From: Octopus vulgaris
Lineage: Eukaryota
Direction of reading: 5' to 3'
DNA: 64,000 nucleotides
NCBI GenBank assembly: GCA_951406725.2
Contig: OX597834.1
Location: forward strand, 38,874,001-38,938,000
Part shown: in pieces, positions 13,407 to 27,430 of the stretch
Layout of the letters: every line of letters starts with the position of its first letter
Position numbering within the stretch: position 1 is the stretch's first letter
Translations under genes and position numbers: made by a program
Notes under the pieces: generated by a model
What the model was told of the DNA's origin: nothing
Seen by the model: only the letters and a program-made list of their open reading frames with translations
Databases searched by the model: none

Positions 13407-13670
13407 ATATATTTTTATTTATATATACTTATATATACTTATATATATACACCATACAAGCTACTTATATAGTTATTCATTATGTACATATATACGTGCA
13501 TAAATATATATTTATATATATACATACATGCATACATACATACATACATACATACATACATACATACATACATACATACATAGACATATATATATTTTTA
13601 TAAATAATGTATGTGCGTATACATGCATACACACACACACACTATCGACAAAACCGAATCTATGCGGGTG

Positions 13671-13720
<50 letters not shown>

Positions 13721-14105
13721 GGGTGCAGCGTGCGGTGGATGGATATGTCAGCGCCGTGATAGTATTAAGATTACATAACCAAGACGAAAACGCTTAAAGA
13801 AAAATCGATAAAACACCTATTTTTAGTCCTTCAACTTAAGAAAGATAAACAAAACTTTCTCCCATCTTCTTCTTCTTCTTCTTCTTCTTCTTCTCTGTTC
13901 TCGTAAATTCTAAATTTCTTTTCGTGTTACAATATTTCCGTTCGTTGTTTCACTTTTTTTTTTTTTTAATTTTCTGTTTTGGTTTTCTTTCCTTGTTTCC
14001 TCAAATCCTTGTTATTTCTCGCAGATAAGACATCAGAAGGCAACGGAGATAAGCAAAAAGATGAAATGAACTCGGATAAGAAATTTGAAATAAGGAAGGG
14101 AAAAT

Positions 14106-14146
<41 letters not shown>

Positions 14147-14180
14147 CATACTACATACACACACACACTCGCACGCACAC

Positions 14181-14233
<53 letters not shown>

Positions 14234-14265
14234 CTACATACACACACACACTCGCACGCACACAC

Positions 14266-14314
<49 letters not shown>

Positions 14315-14346
14315 CATACTACATACACACACACTCGCACGCACAC

Positions 14347-14408
<62 letters not shown>

Positions 14409-14414
14409 ACACAC

Positions 14415-14480
<66 letters not shown>

Positions 14481-14789
14481 TTATATAAATACGAGAGAGA
14501 GAGATCGGAGATGCCTGATTAATTAATATAGAGAAAATATGAGTCCTATTAGCCACCGGGTATCAAATGTACCTTTTGAAGTGTCTTCATGCTACATACA
14601 CCGAGTACCTCATACCTAAGGAAACCGAGTGGGGTGGTCTTCTACCCAGTATTTCGGTTTATTTATAAAAATTTGTACTTATATTCTAACCAAAAGATAG
14701 GGCCATGTCTTATATCTGTCTTACATTAAGGGCAAACGAAGGAACATCTACGTGGCCATTCGATCCGTTAGAAATAGTTCTTATCTTTT

Positions 14790-15080
14790 AGCCTCTATCT
14801 TGCTTCAGTCATTAGACTGCGGCCATGCTGGGGCACCGCCTTGAAGGGTTTTAGTCGAACGAATCGACCCCAGTACTTATTTGTTTTTGCTTTGTTGTTG
14901 TTTGGTTTGTTTTTGTTTTTTTTAACCTGGTACTTATTCTATCGGTCTGCGGAACCGCTAAATTATGGGGTCGCAAATACACCAACATAGGTTGTCAAGC
15001 GGTGAGGGGGGACAAACACAGACATAAAGACACGTACATTAAAAACATACATACACAAGCATAAACACATACACACACAG

Positions 15081-15112
<32 letters not shown>

Positions 15113-15238
15113 GTATATACATATATACGACGGGCTTCTTTCAGTTTCCGTCTACCAGATCCACTCACAAGGCTTTTGTAGGCCCGAGGTTATAGTAGAA
15201 AACACTTACTCAAGGTGCCACACAGTGGGATTGCACCT
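14790..15238 (-). mobile_element. SINE family C, near full length
   Basis: Reverse complement of the family C sequence with an internal (CA)n. Confidence 0.85.
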
Positions 15239-15676
15239 GGCGAGATGGCAGAATCGTTAGAACGGCATTTCTTCCAGTTCTGAGTTCAAATTCCACCGAG
15301 GTCGACTTTGCCTTTCATCCTTTCGGGGGTCGTTGAAATAAGTGCCAGTTGAAATTAGGGGCCGATGTAATCCTACCCCACAAATTTCATGTCTTGTGCT
15401 TATAGCAGAAAAGATTGGTAAGCTGACGGAATCGTTATCCCACCGGACAAACTGTTTAGCGGTATTTCGTCCGTTTTGCCGAGGTCGACTTTGCCGTTCG
15501 TCCTTTCAGAGTCGATGAAATAAGTGCCAGTTGAGATTTGAGGTTGATGTAATCGACTATTCTATTCCCCTGACCCCAAATTCCAGGCTTTCTGTCAACA
15601 ATAGAAAGAAGGAAATTATTTCACACTTCATTGAGTCCGACATGTACTGCTTGTTTCACAGCCCCTCTATCCTACC

Positions 15677-15766
15677 TCCAAATACAGAGCTGGCTTTCAT
15701 CACCCTGCGATCTAGTCTATCACTAACGCAACCATCATTAGAGACTATACTGCCTAGATTAAGGTG
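15677..15766 (-). mobile_element. RTE-clade LINE reverse transcriptase fragment
   Basis: HLNLGSIVSNDGCVSDRLDRRVMKASSVFG resembles the (Y)LGS..S.DG....I..R+.KA...FG motif. Confidence 0.65.
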
Positions 15767-15799
15767 CCCGCCTTTACAAGCCCCAGCACTTCGCTAACA

Positions 15800-17792
15800 A
15801 TGTGCTAAGGTTGTTTTGCTGAGGGTTCAGCTCTTCCACCGTTGAGATTTTGAGGGGGCATCTTTTAAGTTTTTGTGGGTCGATGCAGATGAGAAGTGAT
15901 CCAACTTTTGTCACAGAATCTGCCATGCTTGAACACCAATCTGTATGTTGTTTCACAGGTTTGATGACCCCCATTTCTTTCATCTTCTGGAGTTCAATCT
16001 CGGGCTTATTTTTCAGTTGAACTGAGCATTTCCGAGGTGGGTTAATGAAGGGTTCTCAATCTGCTTTTATGTATAGTTGTGCGGCTTCCTCGAAGTTGCT
16101 CCGGCTGTCGAAAAGATTTGGGTTATGTTTCTTTCAGGTCTTCGATTGTTGTGAAATCAGGAGTTGAGTCCATAACGTGATCACAATGTATTGGGATTAA
16201 TTTCATTGTTGGTAACCCGATGATTGATGGTCCCATCCACCTCTACCACATAGGATTTGGCATCATGGAATTCGCTGCTGTTTGAGCAAAGCTGAAAATG
16301 TATTGATCCCAAGCATTTCTTGGCTATTGTATGCCATCAGATGAATGTTTATCTCTGGTATTAGCATAACTGCAGTTGGAGTCGATTTGTACATCTGACG
16401 ATATGTACGCATTGGCAGTGTGTTGCCTGCTGCTCCCGTATCAAGTCTTTAATTTTATCTGTTGTGTTTTTTTCTTTCTGTGGACATATGATATCCAATG
16501 CTGCAAATGTTTCATTTCGCATGCTTGAAGTTTGTATTCAATGGCAGGGATCCCAGTTCTCTTCGTCTGAGTCTGTAGGAGTCTTGTGGCTTGATTCTAT
16601 ATTATGGAATTTTTTGTGTGCTTTTTTTTCCATCGCCATTTTTCTGTCTTGTTCTATCTTGTTTGTTCCGTTGACGACAGAATTTTTTTCCAGTGTCCCT
16701 TTTTGTTGCAGAAGTTGCAGGAATCATTGCATTCAGGGGTCTTTCTTGAGGGGTGTAATCGTCCACAATTTCCACATGAACGCTTGACAGAATCTACATT
16801 GCATGGTTCTGCGTTTGCAAGTTGTTGTATCTGACTTCTTCCTTCAAGAATAGCTTCAAATTTTCGATCCCTCTGTTAGGGCATCTTCAAGCTTTCCAAG
16901 CATTTCTTTTGGGAAGGCTTCAATGGGAGTTGAACCAATCAATAATTCAATGCTCCGTTCTTCAAGCTCTTTTTCTTCAAACTCACATTTTTTTTGCTAT
17001 TGCTTGGGCTCTTATAACAAAGTCGTCAACTGCCTCATCATGCTGCCGTCTACATTCCATCAGTTTAAGGCGATGTCCTCTGAAATTGATTTTTGTCTTG
17101 ACTTGTGCTTCAAACAATCCCCACAGTTTGAGTTTTTCTTGTCAGCGCCTGATAAGCCAGATGCATTCAAACGTTTGAGTCCTTCATTTCCGATGCCTCT
17201 TAATATTTTTAAAGCTATTTCTTTGGTTCTATAACCTCCTCATCTTCACAATAGTACACGATGTTTTGTTTGAATATTTGCAGGGCTTCGGCTGCATTGT
17301 CTGTGTGTCACTGCATGTCGAGAATGTGGGATGTCGCCATATTATTGTTGTTTTTCTTGTGCAATACAACACTGCATGATTTGGTTATTTTATGTGGCAC
17401 AACACGCACTGTGTAGCCGATATGATAACAATAGTCTTGTATATAAATTTGTAGCAATGCCTCTAGCTAAACATGTGTATTCCGTGTGTATGTGTATCCT
17501 TCTAGTTCTTTTGCTTTGTGTCACGTCGCGATACTGGTACAATGGTAGCGTTGAGCAATGTCTAATGATAATAATGTGCTGGTAATCCGATTAGTTTCGA
17601 TTCCAAATATTTATCGTGTTTCACTGCTGTCACCATATTGTGCCATACAAGCACTCCAGTAACGCGATGCAGAGTGGTTGGTTGTCTGTTCGGCTGCCGT
17701 TCCCCGCAGCCACCGAGCTGGCCGCCTTTCATCTGCGACGACGTATTTAACAATGTGAAACTAAGTACGTTTAGTTTCGTATCATTACAACA
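15800..17792 (-). mobile_element. Decayed, 3'-truncated Ty3/Gypsy (Mag-like) LTR retrotransposon
   Basis: TG..CA LTR candidate 17792-17639 and PBS TGGTGACAGCAGTG (17635-17622, tRNA-Leu-like). gag from ATG 17340 (QHDEAVDDFVIRA..CEF..ELEER) with Cys/His knuckles CGNCGRLH..CNFCNKKGHW. Protease LDTGA at ~16445-16431. RT start MGVIKPVKQHTDWCSS..ICIDP. Stops and frameshifts throughout. Confidence 0.9.
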
Positions 17793-18159
17793 GATAGATA
17801 GATAGATAGATAGATAGATACATACATACATACATACATACATACATACATACATACATACATACATACATACGCAAGCCCACGCGAACACAGTCACGCA
17901 CGCACACACACACGTGCACGCTCACGCAACTAGGTCTCAAACAGACAAACGCAGCCTCCGTAACGGACTAAGTCAAAAGTCATTGAAAATGTTGCAAGTA
18001 GCAACGAAAGAACTTTGACAAACAAAGACAAAACAAATGGTTTACCATTTAACCAATTCACTAATAATAAAGAAGTCAAATTGAACCAGTGCGTGTATTG
18101 ATAATATCGGTATAATGACGTACCCTAGACACAACAAAACTTGTTGCAACACACGAATT

Positions 18160-18575
18160 GACGGCTGTGTGGTAGGAAGCTTGCTTCTCAACCACATGGT
18201 TCCGGGTTCAGTCCCACAGCGTGGCCCTTTGGGCGAGTGTCTTCTACTATAGCCTCAATTCACCCACAGGCTTGTGAGTGGATTTGGTAGACAGAAACTG
18301 AAAGAAGCCCGTCGTATATACAGGTATGTATATATATTTGTGTGAATGTGTCTTTGTGTCTGTGTTTGTCTCCCATCATCGCTTGACAATCGATGTTGGT
18401 GTGTTTACGGTCCCGTCCTATAACTTAGCGGTTCGGCAAAACGGACCGATAGAGTAAGTAGTAGGCAAAAGAGACCGTTAAAATAAGTACTAGGCCGATT
18501 TCTTCCACTAAAAACCTTTTTAAGGCGGTGCTGCAGCATGGCCGCTGTCAAATGACTGAAGTAAAAGAATAAAAG
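18160..18575 (+). mobile_element. SINE family C (CORE-like, with internal microsatellite)
   Basis: ggctgtgtggta.gaagcttgct...ttgggc.agtgtctt...gaaagaagcccgtcg-(TA/TG)n-tgtgtttgtc...gtaacttagcggttcggcaaa...cagcatggccg. Other copies or parts at 8596, 10575, 10800, 11580(-), 14790(-), 25080(-), 31605, 36008, 39240, 40430(-), 40740, 48262, 52485, 57630(-) and 60845. Confidence 0.88.
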
Positions 18576-18634
18576 CTATATATATATATATACTTATATA
18601 TATTTGTATGTATATGGATATACATATATTTATG

Positions 18635-18759
<125 letters not shown>

Positions 18760-19106
18760 GGGAGCACCAAAATCTTTTAAGTGCGTAGGGTCTCTGCGGG
18801 TCTTAATCCGGCCCCTGTACCCATGTTGTAAGGGAGAAGCATTTGGCGATGGCAACTCGGGGTATGAATAATGCTTTATTTTTATTGACTTGTGGACTCC
18901 CGACCCAGAAAGGACGAGAGGTTAAGTCGACCTCGCGTGAGATTTGAACTCAAAACTATAAAGGGACTCAACAAACTACCTCGATGCATTTGATCCTTCA
19001 CCCCTATCGATTCTGCCAGTTAATCTTCCTAACCACCACCCGCCCATCAACCCGCCCTTCGAAGGCAGCAACAGGAGACTTGGCAACAACAACAACGACA
19101 ACAACA

Positions 19107-19169
<63 letters not shown>

Positions 19170-19209
19170 ACTACTACAACTACTACTACTACCACTACTG
19201 CTGCTGCTG

Positions 19210-19345
<136 letters not shown>

Positions 19346-19362
19346 CACTACTACTACTACTG

Positions 19363-19399
<37 letters not shown>

Positions 19400-19422
19400 T
19401 ACTACTGCCTCTACTACTACTG

Positions 19423-19461
<39 letters not shown>

Positions 19462-20059
19462 TTGCTACTTCTACTACTACTGCTGCAGCAAAGTTGCACA
19501 ATTAGCAATTATAATCAGAGCAAATAACAACAACAACAGCAATACCAGCAACACTTTGTAATAATAACAACGTTAGTTATATATACCCGTTATATACCCT
19601 TAAAAATTGCCAGAAAGTTGTAAATAATAAAAATGCCACCCCGATTAGAGCAATGTGAAGACAAAAACAAAAACAAAAACAAACAACACAAAAAAAAGAA
19701 TCAATAGAACAATGAATTGTTACTTGGAGCGCTTTCCACAGAAAGCATCCAATCCAGGTTTAGATACGGGTATTTTTCAACAGGGTGGGGGGGGGAACGG
19801 GGAGGAGGAGGAGGAGGAGGAGGAAGAGGAGGAGGTGAAGGGTGAGGAGAAGGGGTAGGCCGGTATCGATCTGTATGCTACCCCTTTCTTTGCTTGCTAA
19901 CCCCTTTCTTTCCTTCCTTCCTTCCTTCCTATCCCTGCTATTTTGACAACCAATTAACTGATCTCTTTTCTGTGTCTGTATCGACTTGACTTGCGGGGTG
20001 GGGGTGGGGGGTTGTTTGACTGTTTAGTATCGGCGGCGGCGGCGGTGGCGGCGGCGGTG

Positions 20060-20460
20060 ATGTTTGGGGTGTAGAACTGGGGGGGAGAGCAACATAGGAC
20101 TATGGTGGTGATGGCGGTGATGGTGGTGGTGGTGATGGTGGTGTGGTGGAGTGTAGAACTGGGGGGAGAACACATAGGACTATGGTGGTGATGGTGGTGG
20201 TGGTGGTGGTGGTAGTGGTGGGGTGTAGAACTGTGGGGTGCATAGGACTATAGAGGTAATGGTGGTGATGGTGGTGGTAGTGGTGGGGTGTATAGGACTG
20301 TAGTGATGGCGGTGGTGGTGGTGGCAGTGGTGATGGGGTGCGTCGAACTAATAGAGGTGGGGAGTGAGAAGGGAGAACGGGTAGTGGTGGGGCACATAGT
20401 ACTGTTGATGGTAATAGTGGTGGTTGTGGTGGTGGGGTGCGTCGAACTGGTGGCGGAGAT
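20060..20460. repeat. Degenerate G-rich minisatellite
   Basis: ggggtgtagaactggggg..cataggactatggtggtgatgg recurs 4-6 times among GGT runs. Confidence 0.8.
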
Positions 20461-22293
20461 AATGGTGACGATGGTGATAGTAGTTATGGTGGTGGTGGTG
20501 GTGGTGATGGTGTTTGTGTGTGGGGGGTGTTGAGGGTAGTATTAATGGTGAGGGTGGCGAATGAGGTTAGGCTAGTGTGGATGGTGTTGGTATGGGATCA
20601 AATAGCAGTAGTGGTAATGGTACTGGTATTGGAAATGGTGGCGGTGGTGGCGGTGGCGGCGGCGGCGGTGGCGGCGGCGGTGGCGGCGGCGGGTGGATGA
20701 ATGGGTGGCGTGGGTAGTGGTACTAAGAGTAGGGGGTGGGGTGGATGTAAATAAATAAATAAATGCTGGGTAACGGTAGAAATAATGGTAAATGGGAATT
20801 GTTTTGGGGTTCTTGTAGTAGTGGTGGTGGTGGTGGCAGTGGTGGTGATGGTGGCGGCGGTGGCGGCGGCGAGGCTAATTGGGGTAATGGAAATTGTGAA
20901 GGTGGTGGCGGCGGTGGAGGAGGCGATGCGCCTGATGGCGAACAATGAAAGGGGAGATAAGGACTAGTGGCAGCACTGGTTGTTGTGATGAGGGTTACGG
21001 TGAGAGTAAGGCATGCAAATTATGTTGCTGTTGTTGTTATCGTTGTTGTTGTTGTTGTTGTTGTTGCTGAACCTAAGGTCAAGTGTTGTTGTTGTTGTTG
21101 TTGTTTTTGCTCATGTTGCTGTGCCCTTTCTTGTTACTATGAGCAAATTTGTAAGTTGAAATCTGTTGTAAAACCATCGGTACGAACAGCGCCACCTATA
21201 TCGACACTGTCAATGCCACTACCACAAAACACTAGCCCTAACAACAACAACAACAACAACAACAACAATACTACGACGGTAACACCACCAATGCTAGCAC
21301 CAACACCAATAACAGTTCCACCAATAAAAACCAGCATCATCACTGGCATCACCACCGGCAATAGCTAAAAGAACACCACTAGCGCCAACAACAACAACAC
21401 TAACAATCACACCACAAATGACACCCGTACTACCATCAATGCCACCAGCACTACCAGTACATACAGCACCACCACCACCATCACCACCACAACTACAACC
21501 ACTAACACCACCAACAACACCACCATTATCGCCACCACAACCTCTGACATCACAACAATTACTAACATCACCACCACTACCATCACTACCACAACCCCTA
21601 ACACCACCAACAACACCACAAACTCTAAAACCACCATCGTCACCACCACAACCTCTAAAATCACCACAACAGCTAACACCACCACCACAACTTCTAACAC
21701 CACGATTGTCGCCACCATCACCACACCTACAACAACATTAACTGTAACAGCAATTATGTTTATTTTCATTGTTTTTGTTTAACTCTTTAGTCAACTCTTA
21801 CAAAGAGACAGATGGTCGAAGACAATCGAGCTGTGACCAACACAACATATTTTTATAATTGTCTACCTCGAAATGCCTTATCCAATGTGGTTTTCTTTTT
21901 TTTTTTTATTTAATACAAGGCATGATTTGAGGAATATTTTATTGCTATTTCTTATAGGTGTAGCGATCGCGTAGAGCAGACAGGATCAACTTTTTTTTTT
22001 TTTCCGAAAAGCGGGCCGCATGAGATACGGGTTCATCATCAAGAGAGTTGCTCTACTAAAAAGAAATAAAGGATAAATCGAGGCAATATTTCGTTAAGCG
22101 TATCATTCATTCAGAAAGGAGCTCGCGGGCCGCAGTTTGCTTATAACTGGTTGTGAGGTTCATTTATTCTCTCGAATAAATAGTAGTGATGTGTAAGCGA
22201 AAAGAAATAATCGATTGCATAAACTCCGATTACTTTATTGGTACTTACTTGATGGTCCATAATAATCTGGCCTTTTTCCTTTGACCTGTCCAG

Positions 22294-22634
22294 ATTAAGC
22301 CCTTCACAACTTATGGAGCAGAGACCAATGACAACTTTTCTCCACTGTCCTCAATTCAGGGCTATCTTCTCTGAGGGAAATCCTTCTTCTCTCGAGTCCT
22401 GTTGGTTTTGAATTGTCGTCGATGCTTAAATAACTTTGCTTTTTTTTCAAGGTTGGACCGATGACCCGACACAAATCTATTTTCACCTCTAAGAAGAAAC
22501 AGTCCATATAAGTCTGGCCCCTATTCTCTGACCTGTCCAGTGTGTGAGGCCCGACCAGAAGCTAGCACTCAGCTGGCGTAGCTCTCGGGGTCACTGAGGC
22601 ATACAAGCCACCGCATAGCAACAAGGACTGCACT
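22294..22634 (-). mobile_element. Bipartite non-autonomous RTE element (5' UTR fused to 3' end)
   Basis: Starts ccttgttgctatgcggtggcttgtatgcctcagtgaccccgagagctacgcc (RTE 5'UTR-like) and ends EKIALN*GQWRKVVIGLCS (RTE ORF terminus), all within ~340 bp. Confidence 0.7.
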
Positions 22635-22776
22635 TTATGGTGGAAAACTAAGTTCTGCGAGGCACTTAGTCTGGGACGGGACTTCTTCCACTATCAGAAT
22701 CTATATTAGTTAGATTCCTGGGTTACCATTATGTAGAATACGTACGGAACCGAAAAACAAAAATTAAAAAAAAAAA

Positions 22777-23032
22777 CAGCGGTTCTCAACCGGGGTCCCA
22801 TATGATCCTTGGAGACCCACATAAGATTTTGTTGTTAAAAGGTATGTGCAATAAATTGGTTTTACTTCAATAAAACAAAATATTAAAAAAATTTTTTATA
22901 AAATATCTAATAATATTAAATAAATGAAAAATATTATAGAATTTTATTAAATCATTGAATCGCTACGGGGGTCCAATAGATTAAAATAAGAATCAAGGAA
23001 GTCCATAGGTACAGAATGGTTGAGAACCGTTA
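22777..23032. mobile_element. hAT-type MITE
   Basis: TIRs cagcggttctcaacc / ggttgagaaccgtta around an AT-rich interior. Confidence 0.75.
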
Positions 23033-23117
23033 CTCTAAATGGTTGTTCATGCGGTAAAAATAACAATTAAATCTCCCTAGAATTACACCTACAGCATAAA
23101 AAAGAACACATCAAATA

Positions 23118-23706
23118 ATCTTTTCTACTATAGGCACAAGGCCTGAAATTGGGGGTAGGGGACAGTTGATTACATCGACCCCAGTACGCAACTGGTACTC
23201 AATTTATCGATCCTGAAAGGATGAAAAGCAAAGTTGACCTCGGCGGAATTTGATGTCAGGATGTAGTGGCAGACGAAATACCCATTTCTTTATTACCCAC
23301 AAGGGGCTAAACACAGAGGGGACAAACAAGGACAGACAAAGAGATTAAGGTCAATTACATCGACCCACCCCAGTGTGTAACTGGTACTTATTTAATCTAC
23401 CCCCGAAAGGATGAAATGCAAAGTCGACCTCGACGGAATTTGAACTCCGAACATAAAGACACTGACGAAATACCTATTTCTTTACTACCTACAAGGGGCT
23501 AAACACAGAGGGGACAAACAAGGACAGACAAACGGATTAAGTCGATTATATCGACCCCAGTGCGTAACTGGTACTTAATTTATCGACCCCCGAAAGGATG
23601 AAAGGCAAAGCCGACCTCGGCGGAATTTGAACTCAGAACGTAGCGGCAGACGAAATACGGCTACGCATTTCGCCCGGCGTGCTACCGATTCTGCCAGCTC
23701 GCCGCC
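23118..23706 (-). mobile_element. Array of three SINE family A copies
   Basis: Junctions at ~23280 and ~23472 join one copy's tail to the gaaatacc site of the next. Confidence 0.9.
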
Positions 23707-24232
23707 TTGAACACATTAAACAATGCTGTGGTCCTGTGTCAGCTGCGCTTGGGGAAAAAGATGGCAGGCCGTAGCTGGAATGTTTTTGATCATAGGTCTG
23801 TTGTATGAGAAGGGCTGACCTGGGGCTTAACAACAACAAAACGTTTGAAGTATTTGATAAGTGAAAGTGGTAAATAGACTTGGATTAATTGTGTAGAAAA
23901 TATAGATAACATTAATAGATAGATGACCTGCCGTTAGAGACATCATGTCTATCCAACCATATTTCTATTTCATTATATACACTCACTCCGCCACCCCTCT
24001 CTCTCCTCCCTCTTATATTATATATACATGTATATATATATACATGTATATATATATACACATATATATATATATACATATATATATACATGTATATATA
24101 TATACATATATATATATATACATATATATATGCATGTATATATATATGTATATATATGTGTATACATATATATATATATACATGTATATATATATATATA
24201 CACCCCTCTCTCTCCTCCCTCTTATATTATAT

Positions 24233-24279
<47 letters not shown>

Positions 24280-24338
24280 CATATATATATATATACATGT
24301 ATATATATACATGTATATATATATACATATATATATAT

Positions 24339-24450
<112 letters not shown>

Positions 24451-24661
24451 TATATCATACATACATGTATATATAATATGATATATATATATATATTATA
24501 TCATATATACATGTATATATAATATATATATATATATGTATATGTATGTATACATACATACATACATACAATAACTTAATATGCTTTAAAGGAGAGCAAT
24601 AAGCGAAGGGAGAGCATAATATGAATTATTGAATGACAAGGGAACGGAAGACACACAGACA

Positions 24662-24743
<82 letters not shown>

Positions 24744-25333
24744 ACAAACAGACAAACAGAAAGAGAAAGCGATGTTTTATATTAAGGTTGGAGAAATAGT
24801 TAAAAACTAATGCGTTTCGTAATATGCGTAGGGTTGGTCATGTCAGGCTGGTTATGGTTAACTGAATTATGGGGTTTTGATATTTAAAAATTCTTCCATT
24901 ATCACCTCCCACCCTAGGCCCATCATTTTAAGTTATATTTCACATATTAGCCTCCTCCTCCTCCTCTCTCCTCCTCCTCCTCCTCCTCCTCCTCCTCTCT
25001 CTTCTCCTCTTCTCGTAGATATATTTCCAAATTGCCATGGCAACGACCTCATTCCTCAAGTCTTTTGGTAATTTAACTTTTTCTTGTTTCAGTCATTTCC
25101 TGCGGCCACGCTGGGGCACCGCCTTAAAGGGTTTTTAGTCGAACAAATCGATTCCTGTACTTAGGTTGTTTTTTTTGGGGGGGGGGTTTTTAAAGCCTGA
25201 TAGTTATTCTATCTATTGCTGTTGCCGAACCACTCAGTTACAGGGATGTAAGCAGACCAACACCGGTTGTCAAGTGATGATGGGCAGACAAACACAGAAA
25301 CACACAGATAGATGTACACGTGTGTGTGTGTGC

Positions 25334-25390
<57 letters not shown>

Positions 25391-25391
<1 letters not shown>

Positions 25392-25940
25392 ATGTACTCG
25401 TCCAGTGCCCGATCATTGCTGACCTATGGGTCTAACACCTGCTGTTGCGTGTGGCGCGGATCCGGTTATCAACTGAATCCATCGTGAAGATCGTCCTGCC
25501 GCTTTCCTTTAACCGGGAAGGAAAGACTGTTTTTATATGCCCGGTGGCCATGGCGAAAGAAGTTGTGTGGTGGACGAGAAGAAAGGGGCTGAAGACAAAC
25601 ACTTTTCCCTTTGGCCAATCCCTTATGAACTTCTTCAAGTTTCACTTGAAAGGAAAATAAAGGTAGAGAGGGAAGTGTTGTCTTCTTGTCAGTTTGCCGA
25701 AAGGTGGATGAAAGTGGCGAGAATGGTGCGAGGGAACGGACCCTTGCCCTGAGCATACGCCTGTAGATGGAAAGGGGAAAGAAAACGAAAAAAGGTATCT
25801 ATCCCAAAAGTCAGGGTACCCATGGATTTTATGGGGAGTGGTTTTCCATGAGCAGCCCTCGAACCCTTCTCCTCCCTATTGAGGATCACACATTGTTGAT
25901 CTTCTTTTTTTTATATATTTTATTAGTCTTGTTTACACGC
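25391..25940 (+). mobile_element. L1/Tx1-like LINE 3' fragment
   Basis: HVLVQCPIIADLW (end of CCHC region) ...VAMAKEVVWWTR...LMNFFKFHLKGK*..VEREVLS..FAERW, then a 3' UTR. Confidence 0.7.
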
Positions 25941-26073
25941 AAACTCCTCACAACTACACACACTCACACACATACACACACACATTTTGTTTTGCCCTGT
26001 GCTGTCCATAATGGGGTCTTTTCATGCAAACCCTTGTGGTTAATAAAGAAATCATCATTATTATTATTATTAT

Positions 26074-26407
26074 TGAGTGAGAGAGCAGTGCATGCCATCA
26101 AAGTGACACTGGGGTACAAATATACGAAGCCCAGTATACCCATCATGACTACCCGTCTGATAAGGGTACACCAGGCACATGCATCACAACCATATGTGCG
26201 CGACATGGTGATCTCATAACAAGATAAACAGCGCATGACCATGCAGGTGGGGTCCAGTTAGAATTTTCTTCTGGTTGGGTAGCCCATCCCACTCAAAAGG
26301 TCCCTGATTAAGGGTTGTTTAAGGATGTTGAATGAAACACCCATGTTTCCAGAGGTGAATCATTCAAACCTCAAAGAATCCCTCTCAACACATGGCTATG
26401 ATGCTCC
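26074..26407 (-). mobile_element. Non-coding retroelement 3' fragment embedded in (ATT)n
   Basis: A complex 330-bp segment flanked on both sides by ATT arrays, as expected for a microsatellite-targeting non-LTR element (Dong/R4-like behaviour). Family and strand are inferred. Confidence 0.45.
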
Positions 26408-26495
<88 letters not shown>

Positions 26496-27384
26496 GTCGT
26501 CGTCGTCGTCGTCATCGTCATCCTCGTCGTTATCATCATCATTATATAAAAAAGTCATTATTAATATTCTTTAGTAATTAGGTGTTTTATATATCGTATT
26601 GTACGTATATAAATTTTCCCATTAATGTGGGATTTAAAAAAAAAAATCCCTTATTACTGAACTATATTTGCAGCGTTAATACTGCTTAATACGCTCGACA
26701 ACAACAGGAAAATAGTTAATAAAATATGTTGTCATCAACAATGAGCGTTAGACTGGGTGACGCCGTGCACCCAGGGTTTCAACAGCTGACGTACGGCTGA
26801 GCATAAGGTCAACTGCAAGACCAACTACAGCTACACAAACTGACATGGTTATCTTCAACGTACCACAAGGGACATGGAGCATAAAAAAAAGACAATCTAT
26901 GGATCAAGCTTTGTCATATTATGGAGACGTAGTTCCTATACTTTCGATTTCTTTCCTTCGGGGTCAACGTCTTTTCAATAATGAAAACACGATGAAGAAG
27001 AATGGCTTGTTAAGAACCATACTTAGGAAGCATAGAAGAACTACGAGTCTATTACATAGTATTTTTGCTAATACTGCACGCTGTGATTTCTCTAAAGAAT
27101 TCTGTCGAAAATATTCCTTATTTCATCTCCATTTTGTTGGGTGGCGGGGTGGAATCATTTTGAATGCCAGAACCTTTATATAGATGTTGCATAATTAAAA
27201 TAATTTTGCAGTATTACTATACTTCTGCTGGTAACCTCCTTTATACTGGAGAATACGTGTGTATATCTGTGAATATACCACATATATTATACACAAACGC
27301 ACATGTGAGGTCATATCTATCCGCTTTCTTACTCTTATTCTTTCTCTCTCCCTATATATATATATATGTGTGTGTGTGTGTGAA

Positions 27385-27430
<46 letters not shown>

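Noticed and set aside
15620-15662. 3' LTR of the Gypsy element
   Set aside because: The sequence after the purine tract does not match the 5' LTR candidate (17792-17639).
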